Source: an uncultured Verrucomicrobiae bacterium (lineage in GTDB: Bacteria > Verrucomicrobiota > Verrucomicrobiia > Chthoniobacterales > UBA10450). Taken from it: a stretch of 64,000 nt of DNA. Numbering within the stretch: the stretch's first letter is position 1; each line of letters starts with the position of its first letter. Under the pieces are notes generated by a model. That model was not told the DNA's origin. It did not search any database and saw nothing but the letters and a program-made list of their open reading frames with translations. This document shows positions 1 through 8,195 of the stretch, piece by piece. Location of the stretch: the NCBI GenBank assembly GCA_963781735.1, contig CAWAHI010000021.1, positions 33,906-97,905 of the forward strand, in the 5' to 3' direction. A program made the position numbers and the translations under genes.

Positions 1-35
1 AAAAGGACCCAATTATTAACTGAAGGAGCAATATC

Positions 36-329
36 ATGGCAACGTACATCAGTTTGGTGCAATTCACCGATAAGGGTATCCAGGCCGCCAAGCAGACGAG
101 CGAGCGAGTGGCGGACTGGAGCGCCAAGGTCCAGTCGAGGGGCGTGAGCATCAAGCAGATGTATTGGACATTGGGGCACTATGATCAGGTGTGCATCTTC
201 GAGGCGCCCGACGACGAGACGGCGGCCAGCGTGTTACTCGCGGCGGACATGCTGGGCAACATCCGCACACAGACAATGCGTGCTTTCACAGCCAAAGAGA
301 TGGAGAGCATTTTGGGCAAGATGCCGTAA
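36..329 (+). CDS. GYD domain-containing protein (97 aa)
   Basis: ORF track 36..329. AAGGAG at 23-28 lies 7 nt upstream of the ATG. The N-terminus 'YISLVQFTDKG' and the 'LGHYD' motif are typical of the small GYD family. Confidence 0.75.
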   Translation: MATYISLVQFTDKGIQAAKQTSERVADWSAKVQSRGVSIKQMYWTLGHYDQVCIFEAPDDETAASVLLAADMLGNIRTQTMRAFTAKEMESILGKMP

Positions 330-554
330 CGGCGAAGCCGCGGGGTCGGAGGTCAGACCAGAGACAGGACAACGGGACACGGAACGCCGGGGGCAAAGAC
401 CGAAGAATAGAGGACAGATTCCTTAAATTGTTCCGCCTACGTCGAGACTACTCCGAAAGCTTTCGCGAGCGGGCGGCGTGCCAAGGTAAATCGTGGTAAC
501 GCGGACTTTACGGCCGGCACCCGTCGCGGCGGGCAGGCTTTCGCCACTACATCG

Positions 555-725
555 TTACCTCGTCGCTGCCATTGCGTGTGCCAGGGCGAAGAATGGCAAG
601 ATCGCGGTAAGCACGAGAAAGGCGAACGCGACCAGTTCACACAAGTAATTGGGCTGTGTTCGGTAGGCATATCGGTTGGTGATGAAACGGCTAAGGCGCA
701 TCCGGAATGGTGTCGTATTTTTCAT
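555..725 (-). CDS. small hypothetical membrane protein (56 aa, below ORF-track cut-off)
   Basis: Read by hand on the minus strand from ATG (complement of 723-725) to TAA (complement of 555-557). Product: MKNTTPFRMRLSRFITNRYAYRTQPNYLCELVAFAFLVLTAILPFFALAHAMAATR. AGGAG (complement of 736-740) lies 10 nt upstream. One C-terminal hydrophobic helix. No family recognised. Confidence 0.4.
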   Translation of the reverse strand: MKNTTPFRMRLSRFITNRYAYRTQPNYLCELVAFAFLVLTAILPFFALAHAMAATR

Positions 726-1357
726 GGCTAAGACGCTCCTTTCTCAGGGTATGATTCGGACTAGTTGCCCGGAAACTGAGAGACCGGGGCATTTCATTAC
801 TGAGATCGACAAACATTTCGATCATCTCGCTCAATAGTAATAGTAAAAGTTTCGTCCCCGGATTGGAGAAGGTAGGAGCTTTACCTACAGTGGCGCAGCC
901 GCTGGTTGTCAGTTATCGGTTATTCGTCGTCGTTAACGGGCACGAAGGGTCAGTCAGGACATCGGTAACACTTTCATGCCGCCGTTGAGCGCGCGCGGGC
1001 CGAGATGCGGGATTAATCAGTCGCCAGGTGCCTGTGGAGGCGGATCCGGATCAGGTGCAGGGCTCTCTTTTCTCTGTGCCATACCGCAAGACTACAGGAC
1101 AACGAGACTACGGCAAGCAGCGAAGAGCAACGGGCGAAGAGCAAAGCATAGAGCAGAAAGAAGGGAGAAGAGTTTCCCGCATGTAGGACCTTGGTCCGAT
1201 TGAAGGGGACCGGCCAAACTTCATTGGATCTCTAACGAAACCTTATGACGTTTGCGTTCAAACGTTCAGCTACACAGAGAGGGGAGCTGTCGGCTTCACG
1301 ATCCGCGGTAGCGGATAAAGTGTAGGTCAAGACGTAAGCGGAGTTCCCGCCAGATAA

Positions 1358-1394
1358 GCGCGCGCCGCCTGCTCGCGGCGCGCGCGAATTTTTT
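1358..1394 (+). terminator. rho-independent terminator-like hairpin
   Basis: Perfect 11-bp GC stem GCGCGCGCCGC / GCGGCGCGCGC (1358-1368 and 1375-1385) with a 6-nt loop, followed by GAATTTTTT. No convincing protein gene lies upstream of it on the plus strand. Confidence 0.6.
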
Positions 1395-1578
1395 GAAGGG
1401 CCCCTACAAGACGATAAGAAGCGCTCCGACTATGAGACCACGAGACAACTGACAACTGACTACGAGAAAATAGTGACAAGTGACGAGGCCGGGGATGTGA
1501 TGAGTGATAGGTGACCTGCGTTCAGGGTTCAGGGTTCAGGGTCAGAAGGCAGAGGACGTAAGTCGTTAAATCGTTAAA

Positions 1579-2418
1579 TTGCGAGTAGACTACGGCATTC
1601 CTATTACGCATATGACAGAATGGGACGCTACTGGATACTCTCGCATTTCGTCGTTGCAGGCGGCGATGGCCCAAGAGGTCCTTGCTTTGCTCGACCTAAA
1701 TGGTTCGGAGCGGATCCTTGATGTCGGCTGCGGCGAGGGCAAGATTACCGCTGAAATCGCTTCTCGCGTGCCGAGGGGTTTGGTAGTGGGCGTCGATCCT
1801 TCTCACGACATGATCGGCTTCGCCAAGAAGCACTTCACTCTGGCGAACCCGACTGGCGCCTCGCTGGGGAACCTTCGATTCGAAGTGGCCGACGCTCTTC
1901 GTCTTTCCTTTAAGGATGAGTTTGATCTCGCAGTTTCTTTTAATGCCCTGCATTGGATTCCCGACCAGGATGCGGCTCTGCGCAGCATACGTTCCGCTGT
2001 GGTCCCAGGTGGCAAGGCGCAGTTTCGTTTGGTGACAGTGGGTGCGCGTCGGAGCTTGGAAAGTGTCGTCGAAGAAACGCGGGCTGCGCTGGAATGGAAA
2101 GCTTATTTCAAGAACTTTCAAGATCCCTATCTGCGTCTGACGCCAGATGAATATGTCGCCGTCGCAGAGCGGAACGGTTTTCGCGTGCTGCGTGTTAATA
2201 CCCAGGATCACTCATGGGATTTTGGCTCGCGGGCGGCGTTTGCCGGTTTTTGTGCAGTGGGATTGGTGGCATGGACGGACCGCCTGCCGGCGGCGGAACG
2301 ACAGAAATTCCTTGATGACGTGTTAGATCGCTACCAATCAGTCGCGGCAACGCGGGCCGGGGAAGAAAATATGTTCAAGTTTTATCAGACGGACGTTGCA
2401 ATGACAAAGTCCGGATGA
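1579..2418 (+). CDS. class I SAM-dependent methyltransferase (trans-aconitate methyltransferase-like)
   Basis: ORF track (TTG start). An in-frame ATG at 1612 (MTEWDATGY...) is a likelier start. SAM-binding motif I is 'ILDVGCGEGKIT'. Confidence 0.85.
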   Translation: MRVDYGIPITHMTEWDATGYSRISSLQAAMAQEVLALLDLNGSERILDVGCGEGKITAEIASRVPRGLVVGVDPSHDMIGFAKKHFTLANPTGASLGNLRFEVADALRLSFKDEFDLAVSFNALHWIPDQDAALRSIRSAVVPGGKAQFRLVTVGARRSLESVVEETRAALEWKAYFKNFQDPYLRLTPDEYVAVAERNGFRVLRVNTQDHSWDFGSRAAFAGFCAVGLVAWTDRLPAAERQKFLDDVLDRYQSVAATRAGEENMFKFYQTDVAMTKSG

Positions 2419-2534
2419 GTCCGAGTTCTCCACGTCCGCTATGAAGACAGACTCGCCCTGGTGAGCCAAGTCTTCGATCCCACTGGCAGAATTGACGAAG
2501 CGTTAAATCGCTAAATCGGTGAATTGTAAATCGG

Positions 2535-2675
2535 CTAAGCGCCGTTCTTGCGGCTGTAAAGGCCGTGTTGCCCGGGCGCAACTCTCTCTTCGCCTTGTGG
2601 CGCGACTGCAACCCAGTGTTTGACCGTTGCGTTCCAATGCAGATCGCCATCATTAATTATCTCGCCCACTTCCAA
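2535..2675 (-). CDS. small conserved hypothetical protein, paralogue of 4838..5032
   Basis: Not in the ORF track. The minus-strand frame is open over 2535..2732 and encodes ...ARLLEVGEIINDGDLHWNATVKHWVAVAPQGEERVAPGQHGLYSRKNGA*. It aligns codon for codon with the 4838..5032 product. The only canonical in-frame starts are TTG at 2675 and GTG at 2669, so the start is uncertain. Confidence 0.45.
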   Translation of the reverse strand: MEVGEIINDGDLHWNATVKHWVAVAPQGEERVAPGQHGLYSRKNGA

Positions 2676-2736
2676 GAGCCGTGCGTCGTCTGGCAGTTTC
2701 AGTTTGGTTTCTATTGCTTTACTCGCCTTTACCTAA

Positions 2737-3393
2737 CTACGCTGAGACTTGCCCGTCCGGCCGTAGCCGGGCCAGATGCGTTGCGTAGGTGGCGACAATT
2801 CCGCCCAGGACGCTGCCGGCAATCACGTCTCCAACAAAGTGGTAGTTCATGGCCACCAGACTGATCAGCATGGGAAGAGTGAAAACGGCGAGGATGACCC
2901 GGCTGGCGGGTATCGCAATTAGCCAAACCATGCCAAAGCTCAGAATCCTCGCCGCATGGCCCGAGGGAAAACTGCCAAGATCGTCGCCACGCTGAAAGGG
3001 ATGAAACCCGTAGGTTCCGGTGTCAATAAGCGATGGATTGTCACGCCGCCACGTTTCCGGCCAGTAGCGGCCACAAACGTCGCCGAGACAGACACGGAAT
3101 TGATCGGCCACGATCAGGCTGAGGCAAGCGACGAGGAGGACTTTCTGCCAGTGAAGCAATGGTCCCCAGGCGCGTCGAACGAGCAGCAAGGTAAGGAGCA
3201 GGGGAGACCAGGTCTGAAGTTCCGGCGGCGGGTAGGTAAGCCAGCGGAAAAAATTTATTTCGTCGATGTGGTGGCGATGGACAAAAAATGCAACCGGCCG
3301 ATCAACCCAAAAGTAACAGATGAACACGGCGATGAGAGCCATCGCCAGTGCGATTGAGGTACGGCGTAGCAGCGTTGCGTAATCCATCGTCAA
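2737..3393 (-). CDS. PAP2 (phosphatidic acid phosphatase type 2) family membrane protein
   Basis: ORF track. Multi-TM protein carrying the PAP2 motifs 'FPSGHAA' and 'NYHFVGDV'. Confidence 0.85.
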   Translation of the reverse strand: MTMDYATLLRRTSIALAMALIAVFICYFWVDRPVAFFVHRHHIDEINFFRWLTYPPPELQTWSPLLLTLLLVRRAWGPLLHWQKVLLVACLSLIVADQFRVCLGDVCGRYWPETWRRDNPSLIDTGTYGFHPFQRGDDLGSFPSGHAARILSFGMVWLIAIPASRVILAVFTLPMLISLVAMNYHFVGDVIAGSVLGGIVATYATHLARLRPDGQVSA

Positions 3394-3459
3394 ATCGTTA
3401 CATGGCGAAAGCGTTTAAATCGTTACCTCGTTAAATTGCTAAATCGATAACACAACGGA

Positions 3460-4077
3460 CTAACGAGTATTAGAGGTCGAAAGGGCCTGATCGACTTCGG
3501 GGATGACTTTGTCGTAGAGTTGCAGAATGGCCGGCTCCTTCTGGTTGATATCCAGGAGATAGTATTCCATTGCAGCGACGAGCCCTTTGACGTTATCGCT
3601 AGAAAAAGTGGCCGGAGTAAAGGCGGATGCGAGAAAGCTGTTCTCCAGAGTCTGGAAGGCACTTTGGGCGGTATAAACTTTCGAGATATCGAAAGCCAGC
3701 TCGGGCTTGAGGTAGGAGAAGGCCTGAGTCGCCAGCGCCAGGTCCCAGGCAGTATGCTCGAATATGATCGGGCGAACTCCCTTGAACTGAACCCTCTTCT
3801 GGAGCCGCTCTTCGGTCGGCGGTTCGTTGCTGATAAGGAATTCATGCAGTTGGCGAGCGAGGGTTTCGTGGTATTGGCGTTCGCTTCGGACGGCTTGCTG
3901 GTTCGCCCGCAGTTCGTCGGCGAAATTGCGCAGGGTGGAATGGGCCAGCGCACGGTGCTCGCGTTCCTCGTGCCAGTTGTTCGCCCACAGCGCGAGAAAA
4001 ACGCCGATGCTGATGAGGACGACTTCCAAGATAACGTTAAGCAGGGACTTTTGGTGTTCCCGACTGCGCAAGCTCAT
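3460..4077 (-). CDS. hypothetical N-terminally membrane-anchored protein
   Basis: ORF track. Single N-terminal TM helix (LLNVILEVVLISIGVFLALWA) followed by a helical soluble region. No family recognised. A long antisense ORF (3520..4188 +) competes with it. Confidence 0.5.
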   Translation of the reverse strand: MSLRSREHQKSLLNVILEVVLISIGVFLALWANNWHEEREHRALAHSTLRNFADELRANQQAVRSERQYHETLARQLHEFLISNEPPTEERLQKRVQFKGVRPIIFEHTAWDLALATQAFSYLKPELAFDISKVYTAQSAFQTLENSFLASAFTPATFSSDNVKGLVAAMEYYLLDINQKEPAILQLYDKVIPEVDQALSTSNTR

Positions 4078-4267
4078 GGTGCGCTATCATTCGCCATTCA
4101 CGGCCGGGTGTTCAAGCAAGGAGCAAACGGAAACAGCCTTGCCAGCCCGGCGTCGTCAAACCTGTCGCTCGCCGTGGTTAAAGCTTGAACCGCGACCAGC
4201 AACCACAGACGACCGACCACCGACTACGGACAAAGGACTCTAACCTCGGCTCCCCGCGCTCTGCCTC

Positions 4268-4588
4268 TTAATAGCCCAACGCCTTTTTTCGTTCCTGGGC
4301 GCCGGGCAACGCTTCCTTCTTGACCGTGATCGCGTCGCCCCCGGCGTCCTTTACCTGCTGGGCCTGGGTGGCGTTGAACTCGGTGTCTTTGGTGAACTCT
4401 GGCGGGAGATCTCCTTCCGCGTAGATGGCGTGCACGGGGCAAACCTCGACGCATGCCGTGCAATCGATGCACTCATCCGGGTGAATGACGAGTTGGTTAT
4501 CCAGTTCGTAAAAGCAGGTGACCGGGCACACCTCCACGCAGTCGGTAAACTTGCATCCGTTGCATTTCTCGGTGACGATGTGGGCCAT
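4268..4588 (-). CDS. fdxA: 7Fe (3Fe-4S plus 4Fe-4S) ferredoxin, FdxA type
   Basis: ORF track. 'CNGCKFTDCVEVCPVTCFYE...LVIHPDECIDCTACVEVCPVHAI' reproduces the Azotobacter-type FdxA cysteine pattern. Confidence 0.9.
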   Translation of the reverse strand: MAHIVTEKCNGCKFTDCVEVCPVTCFYELDNQLVIHPDECIDCTACVEVCPVHAIYAEGDLPPEFTKDTEFNATQAQQVKDAGGDAITVKKEALPGAQERKKALGY

Positions 4589-4837
4589 AGGGTTCGGGTA
4601 GTTATGGGTTGGGTAAAAAAGCCCGCAATGCCGAGTCGGTCAACGCCAACTATAAGATACACGACGAAAACACACAGTTATCGGCTATCAGAAAGCAGAA
4701 GGCAGGCGATTCGTTGAAGCGTTGAAACTTAAGCGCTCTGCCTAGATCGAGACTATGGCGTGACAAGTCGGCGCGACGCAGAGGACGGAGGACGCAAGCC
4801 GGTCGCGCTGCGGTAGCCGCCGCAGTCCAAAAGGCTG

Positions 4838-5032
4838 CTACAGGTCACCGTTCTTGCGGCAGTAAAAGCCGCGTTGACCGCGGGCAACCCTTTCCTCGCC
4901 TTGCGGCGTGACCGCAACCCAGTGTTTAACCTCTGCGTTCCAGTGCAGATCGCCATCATTAATTATCTCGCCTTCTTCCAAGACCCGCGCGCCAGCCGGG
5001 GGCGGGGCTATTGTTTGTTCCGCCTCACTCAT
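4838..5032 (-). CDS. small conserved hypothetical protein (64 aa), paralogue of 2535..2675
   Basis: ORF track. The core 'EGEIINDGDLHWNAEVKHWVAVTPQGEERVARGQRGFYCRKNG' is shared with the 2.6-kb copy. Differences between the copies fall mainly at third codon positions. Confidence 0.55.
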   Translation of the reverse strand: MSEAEQTIAPPPAGARVLEEGEIINDGDLHWNAEVKHWVAVTPQGEERVARGQRGFYCRKNGDL

Positions 5033-5162
5033 GGGGGAGTCTACTCACTTATCGGAAAGGAGAAAGCAGAAAGGGGAAGGCAGAAGGGGCTAAGGCAAAG
5101 GCGAAGACGACGAGACCACGGGACGACGGGACGGCAAGAAAATGGTGATAAGTGAAAAGTGA

Positions 5163-5846
5163 CTAGTGAAAAGCAACCTGGCCCCCGTTCCGGATCAGCG
5201 CGGGTATTTCTTTCAAACTGCCGAGGACGTAATCGGCGTCTCTTTCGTACTCGCCCGGGTCAACGAAACGGGTATCGGGGATGGCGGCGACGCGCATGTT
5301 CGCGGCCTTCGCCGCAGCGATGCCGGAAAGTGAATCCTCGATGACAAGGCAACCGTCAGTGGCGACATCAAGTTTCTCCGCGGCGCGCAGGTAGATATCG
5401 GGATGCGGTTTGCCGCGCTCGACTTCTTCGCCGGTGACGATGACTTCGAAGAATGGCGTGAGTTTGTGACGATCGAGGAATGGGCGAGCAGACGCGCTCA
5501 CGGAGCTGGTAGCGAGTCCGAGCCGGAGGGGCGGATTCATCTGGCGCAACTCTTCCAGAACCTGCTTTGTGGAGGGAAACAGATCGATGCGGTTGGCAAA
5601 GAACTCGGTCGCGATTTCTCCGCGCCGCCGCATCATTTCTTCCGTCGGCACCGAGAGGCCAAATGTCTTTTTGTAAAACTCGACCGCGAGCCGGTAGCTA
5701 ACTCCGAGCACATTGCGGTGGTGTTCGCCGCGATAAGTGACGCCGTGTTCGGCGAGCAGGGTTGCGTCGATCTCGTTCCAGCAGGGTTCGGAATCGGCGA
5801 GCACGCCGTCCAAATCGAAGATCACAGCGCGGAAGGGTTTCGGCAT
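5163..5846 (-). CDS. HAD-superfamily hydrolase (beta-phosphoglucomutase-like subfamily)
   Basis: ORF track 5163..5930. I prefer the internal ATG giving MPKPFRAVIFDLDGVLADSE. The DxDG motif 'FDLDGV' and 'GKPHPDIY' are present. Confidence 0.85.
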   Translation of the reverse strand: MPKPFRAVIFDLDGVLADSEPCWNEIDATLLAEHGVTYRGEHHRNVLGVSYRLAVEFYKKTFGLSVPTEEMMRRRGEIATEFFANRIDLFPSTKQVLEELRQMNPPLRLGLATSSVSASARPFLDRHKLTPFFEVIVTGEEVERGKPHPDIYLRAAEKLDVATDGCLVIEDSLSGIAAAKAANMRVAAIPDTRFVDPGEYERDADYVLGSLKEIPALIRNGGQVAFH

Positions 5847-5970
5847 GATGTCGCTTTGCGCTGCCACAATCCAGCGCGTTAGATTTCCAACACTAATAGA
5901 CACGAATAAATACCAATTTCTCTTTTTCAATTAGTGCCAATTGGCGTTCATTCGCGGTTAAATCCAGAGC

Positions 5971-6270
5971 ATGATCATTTACAGTGTGACGGTAACAATT
6001 GAGGCTGCGATTGAGTCCGAATGGTTGGATTGGATGCGACGGGTCCATGTTCCCGATGTGCTCAGGACCGGTTGTTTCGCAGAAGCGACCATTTACAAAC
6101 TGGTCGAGCCGAAGAGCGATGACCCAACCTACGTGATCCAGTATCAGTGCTCTGCGATGGAGGAGTATCAACGCTACCGCGACCACTTTGCCTCCGCGCT
6201 ACAGAAGGAGCATGGCGACCGCTTCGGCGGGCGTTTTCGCGCTTCTCGGCAGATTCTGGAGGAAGTGTGA
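5971..6270 (+). CDS. DUF4286 family protein (99 aa)
   Basis: ORF track. The size and the pattern 'MIIYSVTV...EWLDWM...HVPDV..TGCF' match my recollection of DUF4286. Confidence 0.65.
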   Translation: MIIYSVTVTIEAAIESEWLDWMRRVHVPDVLRTGCFAEATIYKLVEPKSDDPTYVIQYQCSAMEEYQRYRDHFASALQKEHGDRFGGRFRASRQILEEV

Positions 6271-7433
6271 ATAGGGAGCGGTCCGAGGCGGACTGGCATT
6301 GTATCCGTTTCCACCAAAAGTCGCCGGTGGCAGGATGCTTTTTTCTCGAATATCGGACAAAGGTCCGATTGCTCTCCCGATCCGAGCTGGTAAAATCCCC
6401 TAAAGATGACTTCCCCGCAGACGGCGGCACATTTGTCTCTGCCCAAAAATCTTTTGCTGAGCCGGCGCCAGCCGAGAACGTGAGCGATGTCGCCAGCGAG
6501 CGGCTGCGCACTTCCTCTCGACTCTTCGCCTACACCCGGTGGGACGCGGTTCCGGTGGTGGCCGCTATTTCCCACTGCCTTTACTTTTTCGCCTTGTTCT
6601 GGCTTTTTTCGCGCGTCCCGCTTTGGGTGATGCTGCCGCTTGGTTTCATCTATTCGGTCAGCATTTCATGGAACATCAACGGCATTTCACATAATTTCAT
6701 TCACAATCCTTACTTCCGGTCGTCGCTGTTGAATCGGCTCTTCAGCATCATAGAATCAATTACGGTCGGGTTCAGTCAGGTGTTCTACGAATGCATTCAC
6801 ATGCAGCACCACAAGGGAAACGCAGACCGGCCGGACGACCATGGGCATACCATTGATTGGATTTCCATCTACAAACATGGCGAGCACGGTGAAGCCGAAC
6901 ATCCACTGAAGTACACGTTCCTCAGTTTCTTTCGCGAAGATCCCAAAACGGTCTTCCGTGCGCTCAAGCGCAAGGATCGGCGCGAAGCTTTCTGGGGCGT
7001 GATCGAGCTTGTTCTTTTTGTTGGTACCTTTGTCTCGTTAGGTATTTTGAACTGGCACTACCTCTGTTTCCTTCTCCCATTTTGGTATTTCGGGCACTGT
7101 CTTTCCTACCTGAACGGCTACTACCGGCATTACGGTGGAAATCCTGATGAACCGATCGCGTGGGGCGTTAGCAGCTATGACAAGCTTTATAATTGGATTT
7201 GGTTCTACAACGGCTACCACGCCGAACATCACTTTCGGCCAAAGGTTCACTGGACCCGGATGCGCGCGTTTCGGAATCAGATTATCAAGCAGCAACGCGA
7301 AGCGGGCGTGCGCGTGATTGGACCTCCGCACGCCCTCGGCTTCCTCGATCGCGATTTGCCGCGCCGAGCACAAAGCAGTCGACGGCCACACGCGCAATCG
7401 AGAAGCTGTTCGCCCAAGCGCGTTGCGCGGTAG
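6267..7433 (+). CDS. membrane fatty-acid desaturase family protein
   Basis: ORF track 6147..7433. Three histidine boxes are present: 'HNFIH', 'HMQHH' and 'HAEHH'. The track start overlaps the previous gene. GTG at 6267 (GTGA overlap with the DUF4286 stop) is a plausible start, but the start is uncertain. Confidence 0.8.
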   Translation: MNRERSEADWHCIRFHQKSPVAGCFFLEYRTKVRLLSRSELVKSPKDDFPADGGTFVSAQKSFAEPAPAENVSDVASERLRTSSRLFAYTRWDAVPVVAAISHCLYFFALFWLFSRVPLWVMLPLGFIYSVSISWNINGISHNFIHNPYFRSSLLNRLFSIIESITVGFSQVFYECIHMQHHKGNADRPDDHGHTIDWISIYKHGEHGEAEHPLKYTFLSFFREDPKTVFRALKRKDRREAFWGVIELVLFVGTFVSLGILNWHYLCFLLPFWYFGHCLSYLNGYYRHYGGNPDEPIAWGVSSYDKLYNWIWFYNGYHAEHHFRPKVHWTRMRAFRNQIIKQQREAGVRVIGPPHALGFLDRDLPRRAQSSRRPHAQSRSCSPKRVAR

Positions 7434-8195
7434 CGTCCGCTGGCAATCAGCGGAAGTGACAGAGCACGCTACAGCGCTCATTGAGCAACCGATAGGGTGG
7501 ACCGAGCAACTTGCCAGTTCGCCCCAGCGCCGCGGTGTCGAAATTAAGGCGGCGATGCCGACGGCCACGTCTTCCGCGCGGGGACGCTTTGAGCGGCAAA
7601 TCAGACCTGCAGCGGCGGAGCTAAATTTTTCGCCATCCAAAAAAGTGGTGGGAAAAAACGGACGCCCGAGCGCGGGCCAATTCATTTCTTAAATAGACGG
7701 AAGCGTTGCTCGAAAAGTCCCTCCCGCCCTGTATAGGACTAAGGTCCTATAGCAAAACGTTGTGGCGTCCGAGAAATTTGGCCTTGGGATCGGTCGTGCG
7801 GGTGACGTGGCACCCATCGACCGTGAAGTGGCGGAGAAGGAAAAGGGATCCGCCCTGGCAGAGGTGCTAATCATCCTGGGGGTGGAGGGATTAGCACTCT
7901 GCCGGCATCCCCCAGTCTCTTAAACAGGCGAATTAAAGGGCGGTTGTTCCTCCGAGGATTGCTTCGCTTGACCATTGCCAACGTTGTCGAATGGAAGACA
8001 ACGGAGTTACGTATCAGTAGCGGTGAGTGGGTAGCCCCAGTGCTGGCGTGGATAACAGATAGCAAAGCCAAGGGAACCAGCCGTGCACGCTGCTGTTGAT
8101 GCGGACGAGCGCGATCCGTTTAAAGAAGACATCAAGGCAACGAAGCTTTGAAAAAACGGAGTTACCATTGTTTCTTTGTGTTAAAATCCTTTCGG

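Noticed and set aside
976-1203. A 75-aa plus-strand ORF in the ORF-poor region.
   Set aside because: It is encoded largely by the purine-rich word-repeat spacer. The product is Gly/Arg/Ala low-complexity, and there is no RBS.
330-1400. tmRNA, RNase P RNA, SRP RNA or a cobalamin riboswitch in the ORF-poor region.
   Set aside because: I searched by eye for the hallmark strings: the tmRNA 5' GGGG...TCGAC and 3' T-arm...CCA, RNase P GAGGAAAGTCC, the SRP GGAA/AGCA loop motifs, and the B12 box. None was found. I keep only a generic 'candidate ncRNA' note.
3520-4188. A 222-aa plus-strand ORF competing with the minus-strand call 3460..4077.
   Set aside because: The minus-strand product has a clean N-terminal TM anchor and helical, Glu/Lys/Gln-rich sequence with sensible gene spacing. 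The plus-strand product is Gly/Leu/Arg-rich and lacks features. Confidence in the minus-strand call is still only moderate.
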